A stretch of 64,000 nt of DNA. Source: Deltaproteobacteria bacterium. GTDB lineage: Bacteria > Desulfobacterota > Binatia > UBA9968 > JAJDTQ01. Both the position numbers and the translations under genes were made by a program. Positions 56,052 to 64,000 of this stretch are shown here, piece by piece. Under the pieces are notes generated by a model. That model was not told the origin of the DNA and ran no database searches. It saw only the letters and a program-made list of their open reading frames with translations. Within the stretch, counting starts at the first letter, position 1, and each line of letters opens with the position of its first letter. The stretch lies in NCBI GenBank assembly GCA_028818755.1, contig JAPPNF010000051.1:104-64103 (forward strand). The letters are read 5' to 3'.

Positions 56052-56220
56052 ATTCCTGCCATAAGTTGCGCAGGAATTTTGGTCGTCGGCAAGGCGCGAT
56101 GACGATTGGGGGCGACCGTCGGTCGCCCCAGGGCAGGCACCACGCGAGGAAGAGCAACGCAGCCGACGGCAAAAAGGACCAGCAAATTATGGCAGGAATT
56201 TACGGGACACGACACTGGCT
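56031..56220. repeat. MITE-like element with perfect 34-bp terminal inverted repeats
   Basis: AGCCAGTGTCGTGTCCCGTAAATTCCTGCCATAA (56031-56064) is the exact reverse complement of 56187-56220. The 122-bp core contains the hairpin GGGGCGACC-gtc-GGTCGCCCC. The left arm supplies the last 6 sense codons and the stop of kdsB. Confidence 0.85.
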
Positions 56221-56237
56221 ACACGCCGAGGAGTGCC

Positions 56238-57892
<1,655 letters not shown>

Positions 57893-57896
<4 letters not shown>

Positions 57897-58729
57897 CGGC
57901 CAGCGAGGTCCCTATCGGCGGGATCCGGGTCGGGGGAGGCCGGCCGCTCGCCCTGATCGCCGGCTCCTGCGTCATCGAGAGCCGGGAGTCCGCGTTGCGG
58001 CACGCGGCGTACCTTGACGAGCTGACACGGCGCCTGGATATCCCGTTCGTCTACAAGTCGTCCTACGACAAGGCCAACCGCACCTCTGTGGAGTCGTTTC
58101 GCGGTCCGGGGCTCGACGAAGGATTGCGCATTCTCGAGGAGGTCAAGCGGGAGATCGGGGTCCCGGTACTCACCGACGTGCACGAACCGGACCAGATCGC
58201 GCCGGCCTGCGAAGTCGTGGACGTGGCGCAGATCCCGGCGTTTCTTTGCCGTCAGACCGACTTCGTGACCGCGGTCGCCCGGGCCGCCAAGGTGGTGAAC
58301 GTGAAGAAGGGCCAGTTCCTGGCGCCCTGGGACGTCCGGAACGTGGCCGCCAAGGTGGTGGCGGCGGGCAACACCAACGTGCTGCTCACCGAGCGCGGGG
58401 TCTCCTTCGGCTACAACAACCTGGTGTCGGACATGCGCTCGCTGGTGATCATGCGGGAGACCGGGTTCCCGGTGGTCTTCGACGCCACCCACAGCCTGCA
58501 GCTTCCCGGCGGCCTCGGCGAGGCCTCGGGCGGCGACCGGCAGTTCATCGCGCCGCTGGCGCGGGCGGGCGCCGCCGTGGGGGTGGACGGCCTGTTCATG
58601 GAGGTGCACGAGGACCCGGACCGGGCCCTGAGCGACGGCCCCACCTCCTTTCCGCTCGACGCCCTCGACGGTCTGCTGCGGACGGTCAAGGATATCGACG
58701 ACCGGGTCAAGGGACGCGAGGGCGGGTGA
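57893..58729 (+). CDS. kdsA: 3-deoxy-8-phosphooctulonate synthase
   Basis: ...[14 protein letters not shown]...[12 protein letters not shown]...VNVKKGQF...[17 protein letters not shown] overlaps the pyrG stop (ATGA). Confidence 0.9.
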
Positions 58730-58730
58730 C

Positions 58731-59717
58731 ATGGGCGGCGGCACGGACGCCATACGCAAGGCTCGCGAGGTGCTGGACATCGAGATAGCCGGCCTCGCCG
58801 CGGCCCGGGACCGGGTCGGGGACGCGTTCGTCCGCGCCGTGGACGTCCTGCACGACTGCACCGGCAAGGTCATCGTCACGGGGGTGGGAAAGTCGGGCCT
58901 CGTCTGCCACAAGATCGCCGCCACCCTCGCCAGCACCGGCACCCCATCGTTCTTCCTCCACGCCGCGGAGGCGAGCCACGGCGACCTCGGCATGATCATG
59001 CGCGACGACGTGGTGCTGGCGGTTTCCAACAGCGGCGAGTCCGAAGAGGTCCTGAAGATGCTGCCGCTCATCAAGCGCTGGGGCCTCAAGCTGATCGCCA
59101 TGACCGGCAACCGGCGATCGTCCCTGGCGCTTTCGGCCGACGTGGTCGTCGACGTCGGCGTGCCGGAGGAAGCCTGTCCCCTGGGCCTGTCACCCACCGC
59201 GAGCAGCACCACCGCCCTGGCCATGGGCGACGCCATCGCCGTGGTGCTGCTGGAACGCCGGGGGTTCAAGACCGAGGACTTCCTGCTTCGCCATCCCGGG
59301 GGCGCGCTGGGCCGAAGGCTGCTGCTCCGCACCCGGGACCTGATGCATCGCGACAAGGAGATACCCCTGGTTTCCGAGGACACCCCGCTCAAGGACATCC
59401 TGCTGGAGATCACCTCCAAGCGGCTGGGCGTGACCGGAGTGGTCGACGGGGAATCGGCGCTCGTCGGCATCATTACCGACGGGGACCTGCGGCGCTGTCT
59501 TGCCCGCAGCGACGGCAAGGCGGACATCCTGGAGCGCAAGGCTTCCGACATCATGACGCGTGATCCCAAGACCATCGGTGCCGATTCGCTGGCCGCCGAA
59601 GCCGTGGCGCTGATGGAAAAGTTCTCGATCACCTCCCTCTTCATCAAGGCCGGGGACTCCGAGCGGCCCCAGGGGATCATCCACCTCCATGACCTGCTCA
59701 AGGCCGGCATCGTCTGA
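58731..59717 (+). CDS. kdsD: Arabinose-5-phosphate isomerase (KdsD/KpsF; SIS plus tandem CBS domains)
   Basis: ...GKVIVTGVGKSGLVCHKIAATLASTGTPSFFLH...GDLGMI...SNSGESEE... with C-terminal CBS pair. Confidence 0.85.
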   Translation: MGGGTDAIRKAREVLDIEIAGLAAARDRVGDAFVRAVDVLHDCTGKVIVTGVGKSGLVCHKIAATLASTGTPSFFLHAAEASHGDLGMIMRDDVVLAVSNSGESEEVLKMLPLIKRWGLKLIAMTGNRRSSLALSADVVVDVGVPEEACPLGLSPTASSTTALAMGDAIAVVLLERRGFKTEDFLLRHPGGALGRRLLLRTRDLMHRDKEIPLVSEDTPLKDILLEITSKRLGVTGVVDGESALVGIITDGDLRRCLARSDGKADILERKASDIMTRDPKTIGADSLAAEAVALMEKFSITSLFIKAGDSERPQGIIHLHDLLKAGIV

Positions 59718-60249
59718 TCCGCGGACCGGGGAGCTGCGCCGGAAGGCCGGAGCGGTGAAGCTGCTGCTGCTGGACGTCGACGGGGTGCTGACCGACGGCG
59801 GCATCGTCATCGACGAACGGGGCGAGGAGGTCACGCGCTTCGACGTCCAGGACGGCCACGGCATCAAGCTGCTCCAGGATGCCGGCATCCGCGTCGGGCT
59901 GCTGACCGGCCGGGCGTCCCGGGCTGTGGCGGTGCGCGCGGAGCGCCTGTCCATCGGGCTCGTCTACCAGAACGTGGCCGACAAGCTGCGCGGCTATGAA
60001 CGGGTCAAGGCCGACACCGGGCTTGCCGACGGCGAGATCGCCTACGTCGGCGACGACATGCAGGACCTGCCGGTGCTGCGAAGGGTCGCCTTCGCCGTGA
60101 CGGTGCCCAACGCGTGGGACGACCTGAAGGGGCGCGTGGACTACGTCACGACCCGCACGGGCGGCCACGGCGCGGTGCGCGAAGTGGCGGAGCTGCTGCT
60201 GCGGTTGACCGGCAAGTGGGACCCGCTGTTGAAGGATTACGATCGTTAG
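59689..60249 (+). CDS. kdsC: 3-deoxy-manno-octulosonate-8-phosphatase (HAD-IIIA)
   Basis: LLLLDVDGVLTDGGIVIDERGEE...FDVQDGHGIKLL...YVGDDMQDLPVL. The true start may lie downstream of 59689. Confidence 0.8.
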   Translation: MTCSRPASSDPRTGELRRKAGAVKLLLLDVDGVLTDGGIVIDERGEEVTRFDVQDGHGIKLLQDAGIRVGLLTGRASRAVAVRAERLSIGLVYQNVADKLRGYERVKADTGLADGEIAYVGDDMQDLPVLRRVAFAVTVPNAWDDLKGRVDYVTTRTGGHGAVREVAELLLRLTGKWDPLLKDYDR

Positions 60250-60370
60250 GCCCTCACCCGGCCTTCGGCCACCCTCTCCCAGAGGGAGAGGGGAAGAACC
60301 GTGGGCCTTCTGCCTCCAGGTGACGGAAAGATTGGCCCTCTCCCTCTGGGAGAGGGTCGGGGTGAGGGTC
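60250..60370. repeat. REP-type element cluster
   Basis: CCCTCACCCGGCCTTCGGCCACCCTCTCCCAGAGGGAGAGGGG and CCCTCTCCCTCTGGGAGAGGGTCGGGGTGAGGGTC. Confidence 0.85.
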
Positions 60371-60474
60371 TACGGTTGGCTCTAGCAATTTCCGTGCCTT
60401 CACCTTTACACTCAAAAGCGGAATTGTTATCCCGGAAACAGTGGCCTGTTAGGTGCCACTAGTGGCCTGTCTCC

Positions 60475-61071
60475 ATGCGGTCCAAACGGTTACTGCTCTT
60501 GCTCGTCATGGCCGCGGGGGCGATCTTCGTCGCTGTCGAGGTGGCGCGGCACATGCGGGAGCAAGCGCTCCAGGACCCCCGGGAGCTGTTGGAGTTCACC
60601 CCCGGGGTGCCCTTGCAGGTGAAGAATTTTCACCGCAGCATGATCCGGGACGGGCGCAAGGCGTGGGAGATCAAGGGGGCCGAGGCCACCTACTTCAAGG
60701 CCGAGGAGCGGGCCGCCGTCAGCCGTCCCCGACTGGTCTTCTACCGGAACAACGGCGGTACGCTGGAGGCCAGGGGCCGGGAAGGGAACGTTTTTCTGCC
60801 GAACGGGCAGTTGCAACGGGCGGTTCTTGACGGCGCGGTGGACGTGGTCTACCAGGAGGCAAGATTTCGGACCGACAAGCTCATCTACCTCCACGCCGAT
60901 GACCGCATCGTCTGCCCGGGCAGGGTTTGGGCGGTGGTGGACGGGGTCGAGTTCGAGGGCGAGAACATGACCTACTCGCTCGCGGACGACACGATCGAGC
61001 TCCGGGGCGCCGTGAGGACAACCATTCATGCGAGGCTTCCCGGCCAATCAAGGATGACCAATGGCTTGTAA
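60475..61071 (+). CDS. lptC: LPS export system protein LptC
   Basis: N-terminal TM (RLLLLLVMAAGAIFVAV), LptC-size beta-jellyroll protein, and position immediately upstream of lptA-lptB. Confidence 0.7.
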   Translation: MRSKRLLLLLVMAAGAIFVAVEVARHMREQALQDPRELLEFTPGVPLQVKNFHRSMIRDGRKAWEIKGAEATYFKAEERAAVSRPRLVFYRNNGGTLEARGREGNVFLPNGQLQRAVLDGAVDVVYQEARFRTDKLIYLHADDRIVCPGRVWAVVDGVEFEGENMTYSLADDTIELRGAVRTTIHARLPGQSRMTNGL

Positions 61072-61672
61072 CGTATCCATCGCAAGCATGATGTACAGGG
61101 CCTCTCTGCGCCGGCGAGGCGCGTCGATCCGTGGGGGTGGGTTGCGGATACGCCCGTCCGGTTGGAAGTTGTTGCTGGCGGCCGGCCTGCTCTTGCAGAC
61201 GATCGGCTTTGCCGCATGGGCGGCGGACACTCAAAGCCGGGAGTCGGCCAGCCGCGGCCTTTTCGCGGACACGGAGACCCCCATCGAGATCACCGCGGAT
61301 TCCATGGAGCTTCAGCGCAAGACCAACACGATCATCTACAAGGGCAACGTCCTCGTGGTCCGGGACGACGTCAGGATCACCAGCGACGTGCTGTCCGCGC
61401 GCTATGACGCCAAGGACGGAGGGTTGAGGAGCGTTGTCGCCGAGGGGACCGTGAAGGTGCGCGATGGAGGACGCGAGATGACCGGCGACAAGGCCGTTTT
61501 CGACGGCCCGGAGGAAACCATCACCGTGTCCGGCAACACCACCGTCCGGGATGGAAACAACAGCATTTCCGGCGATCGCGTCACCATCTACGTGAAAGAG
61601 GACCGCATCCTGGTGGAGAACAGCGGCGGGCGCGTCAGGGCGGTGGTCTTCCCGGGCCAATTGAGCCGTTGA
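61061..61672 (+). CDS. lptA: LPS transport periplasmic protein LptA (OstA-like)
   Basis: ...IEITADSMELQRKTNTIIYKGNVLVVRDDVRITSD...GDKAVFDGPEETITVSGN...ISGDRVTIY. Confidence 0.8.
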   Translation: MACNVSIASMMYRASLRRRGASIRGGGLRIRPSGWKLLLAAGLLLQTIGFAAWAADTQSRESASRGLFADTETPIEITADSMELQRKTNTIIYKGNVLVVRDDVRITSDVLSARYDAKDGGLRSVVAEGTVKVRDGGREMTGDKAVFDGPEETITVSGNTTVRDGNNSISGDRVTIYVKEDRILVENSGGRVRAVVFPGQLSR

Positions 61673-61675
61673 ACC

Positions 61676-62419
61676 ATGGTCCAGGGGCCCGGCGCGAAGA
61701 GCGTTCTCAACGCGGACGAAATCATCAAGTCGTACCGCGGACGGCGGGTGGTCGATCAGGTCACGCTCGAGGTTTCGAGCGGCGAGGTGGTGGGCCTCCT
61801 GGGACCCAACGGAGCGGGGAAGACGACCCTGTTCCACATCGTGATCGGCTTGGTCCGAGCCGACGGAGGAAGGGTCACCCTGGACGGGACGGATCTCACG
61901 ACCGCTCCCATTTACCGGCGGGCGCGGGCGGGCATCAGCTACCTGCCCCAGGAGTCGTCGGTGTTTCGGGGCCTGACGGTCAAGCAGAACCTGCTGGCGA
62001 TTCTCGAGACCCTGGGACTCGGCAAGGATGAGGAAGAGGAAAGGAGCCGGCGGCTGCTCGGCACGTTCGGCCTGGAACAACTGGCGGATCAGAAGGCCTA
62101 CACGCTTTCGGGCGGCGAAAGGCGGCGCGTGGAGATAGCCCGGGCGCTGATTCTTTCGCCCTTCTTCCTGCTCCTGGACGAACCCTTCACCGGTGTCGAC
62201 CCCATCGCCCTGGCGGACATCAAGGACGTGATTCAGCGGCTGACCAAGACCGGGATCGGGGTCCTGATCACGGACCACAGCGTCAGGGAAACCCTGGAGA
62301 TCTGCACTCGCGCCTACATCCTGAACGAGGGAGTGGTGCTGGCCGAGGGGACGCCGGGCGATATCGCCTCCAGTGAAAGAGCGCGCACGGTGTACCTTGG
62401 CGAGGGATTCAGTCTTTAG
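61676..62419 (+). CDS. lptB: LPS export ABC transporter ATP-binding protein LptB
   Basis: GLLGPNGAGKTT, LSGGERRRVEIARAL, LLLDEPFTGVDP, ITDHSVRETL. Confidence 0.9.
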   Translation: MVQGPGAKSVLNADEIIKSYRGRRVVDQVTLEVSSGEVVGLLGPNGAGKTTLFHIVIGLVRADGGRVTLDGTDLTTAPIYRRARAGISYLPQESSVFRGLTVKQNLLAILETLGLGKDEEEERSRRLLGTFGLEQLADQKAYTLSGGERRRVEIARALILSPFFLLLDEPFTGVDPIALADIKDVIQRLTKTGIGVLITDHSVRETLEICTRAYILNEGVVLAEGTPGDIASSERARTVYLGEGFSL

Positions 62420-62423
62420 TCCG

Positions 62424-63869
62424 ATGGCACTCGAATTCAAGCTCTCCCAGAAACTCATGCCGCAACTGGTGATGACGCCCCAGTTGCAGCAGGCCATCAA
62501 GCTCCTTCAACTCTCCCATCTCGACCTGCAACAGCGGATCTCCGAGGAACTGCAGGAGAATCCGGCCCTCGAGGAAGCACTGGACGAAGACGACGCCGCC
62601 GACACCGTGCGTGAGCCCGAAGCCATCCACGAGATGATGGTCACCGACCGGATCGCAGACTGGCAGGACTACCTGGACAACCACTCCAACTCGCGTCACG
62701 ACATGGTGAGCACCGAGGCGGTCCGGGAGGAATCCGATTTTCCCTCCCTCGAGAACACCGTGGTGCGCCGGGAGACGCTTCAGGAGCACCTGCTGTGGCA
62801 GCTCCAAATGGCCGGGCTCGACCAGGCCGGCGAGAGCATCGGCATGTGCATCATCGGCAACCTGGACGAGCGGGGCTACCTGGAGGCGTCGGTGGAGGAG
62901 ATCGGCGAGCTGACCCACGCCGCGCCCGACGCGGTGGAGGAGGTGCTGGCCTGTATCCAGCTCTTCGATCCCGTGGGGATTGCCGCCCGGGACCTGCGCG
63001 AGTGCCTGCTGGTGCAGCTCCGGAACGCCGGGATGGGGGAGAGCGTGGCCGCGGGCATGGTGGCGAACCACCTGCACGAGCTGGAGTACAAGCAGTACGA
63101 CCGGATAGCGGCGGGCCTGGGCGTCGGCCTCGGAGAGGTGATGGAGGCAGCTCATCTCATCGGCTGCCTGGAGCCCAAACCGGCACGGGGTTTTGACGAC
63201 GACGAGGTCCGCACCATCATCCCGGATGTGGTGGTCCAGAAGGTCGCCGGTGAGTATGCCATTTTCCTGAACGACGACGGCGTCCCGCCGTTGCGTGTCA
63301 GTCCGCTCGTCCGGCGTCTCGTCGGCGAGCGCGGAGACGAGGTGCGCAAGGCCAGGGAGTACCTGGAGGCCAAGGTCCGCGCCGCCACGTGGTTGATCAA
63401 GAGCATCCACTGGCGTCAACAAACTCTCTATCGCGTCAGCGAGAGCATCTTCCGTTTCCAGCAGGAGTTCCTCGACCACGGCACCGCGGGCCTGAAGCCA
63501 TTGGTGTTGCGCGAGGTCGCGGCGGAGATCGGCATGCATCCCTCCACGGTCAGCCGCGCCACTTCCAACAAGTATGCCCACACGCCCCAGGGCGTTTTCG
63601 AGTTGAAATATTTTTTCCAGAGCGGGATCGCCCGCAATGACAGCGCCACCGTGGTATCCTCGGAGTCGGTCCGGGACAGGATCCGTGGGCTGGTGGAATC
63701 CGAGGACCCCGGGGACCCGCTGAGCGACCAGCAGATCGCCGGCGCGCTGCAGAAGCTCGGGATCGACATCGCGCGCCGCACGGTGGCGAAGTACCGGGAG
63801 CAGCTCGGAATTCTGCCGTCGTCCCGGCGCCGGAGACCGTTCGCGAATTACCGGATCGCCCCGGATTGA
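62424..63869 (+). CDS. rpoN: RNA polymerase sigma-54 factor
   Basis: MALEFKLSQKLMPQLVMTPQLQQAIKLLQLS... and C-terminal RpoN box ARRTVAKYRE. Confidence 0.9.
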   Translation: MALEFKLSQKLMPQLVMTPQLQQAIKLLQLSHLDLQQRISEELQENPALEEALDEDDAADTVREPEAIHEMMVTDRIADWQDYLDNHSNSRHDMVSTEAVREESDFPSLENTVVRRETLQEHLLWQLQMAGLDQAGESIGMCIIGNLDERGYLEASVEEIGELTHAAPDAVEEVLACIQLFDPVGIAARDLRECLLVQLRNAGMGESVAAGMVANHLHELEYKQYDRIAAGLGVGLGEVMEAAHLIGCLEPKPARGFDDDEVRTIIPDVVVQKVAGEYAIFLNDDGVPPLRVSPLVRRLVGERGDEVRKAREYLEAKVRAATWLIKSIHWRQQTLYRVSESIFRFQQEFLDHGTAGLKPLVLREVAAEIGMHPSTVSRATSNKYAHTPQGVFELKYFFQSGIARNDSATVVSSESVRDRIRGLVESEDPGDPLSDQQIAGALQKLGIDIARRTVAKYREQLGILPSSRRRRPFANYRIAPD

Positions 63870-63890
63870 CGGGGCGCCTACGCAAGATCT

Positions 63891-63935
63891 GCCCTCTCCC
63901 TCCGGGAGAGGGTGGCCGAAGGCCGGGTGAGGGGC
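63891..63935. repeat. REP-type element
   Basis: GCCCTCTCCCTCCGGGAGAGGGTGGCCGAAGGCCGGGTGAGGGGCC. Confidence 0.85.
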
Positions 63936-64000
63936 CTTCCGCGACAAAGGGGGTAGGGGTTGCGAATCACCGACGTTCTGGATCCTGAGGCGGTCATCCC

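Overview
High-GC chromosomal segment from a diderm, LPS-making bacterium. Single 60-nt lines I counted gave about 68% G+C in pyrG. The taxon cannot be named from the sequence alone. Layout: (1) 1-9.1 kb holds mobile-DNA debris: the end of a CRISPR-like array, an intact IS3-family IS with a 3-bp target duplication, an orphan gene (one line counted at 35% GC), a truncated IS4/IS5-type transposase, two tandem P4-like tyrosine integrases, the 5' stump of a MobF/TrwC relaxase and a DUF1640 gene. (2) 9.1-18 kb is an outer-membrane surface-display cluster: a TbpB/fHbp-like surface lipoprotein, Slam (DUF560), a classical autotransporter and a NalP-like lipidated S8-protease autotransporter. (3) 18-31 kb is housekeeping: dienelactone hydrolase, NYN RNase, dapL-like aminotransferase, folK, trpG, trpE, DUF192, type II GAPDH-like, tldD, pmbA, DUF4143 ATPase and yqaA-like. 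(4) 31.2-32.9 kb is a lower-GC, translationally coupled two-gene islet of unknown function. (5) 32.9-35.1 kb is a redox cluster that includes an OsmC-like gene interrupted by an in-frame TGA followed by a SECIS-like hairpin, making it a selenoprotein candidate. (6) 35-42 kb carries an amidohydrolase, a peptide-type ABC importer without ATPase genes, and a TPR protein. (7) 42.3-49.9 kb is a lower-GC defence island, all on the minus strand. It holds a recognisable SIR2-HerA pair and, directly upstream, an uncharacterised operon: an MqsR-like small protein, an MqsA-like zinc-ribbon/HTH protein, a ParA-like ATPase with a KGGVGR Walker A fused to TPR-like repeats, and a beta-propeller-like protein. 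This operon is my best candidate for a novel system. (8) 49.9-64 kb carries a coxMSL-like molybdenum hydroxylase, a crotonase, and the cluster kdsB-pyrG-kdsA-kdsD-kdsC-lptC-lptA-lptB-rpoN. Palindromic REP-type elements fill many intergenic gaps, and a 190-bp MITE-like element with perfect 34-bp inverted repeats lies between kdsB and pyrG. Many long ORFs in the supplied track are antisense or out-of-frame shadows typical of high-GC DNA and are not called.
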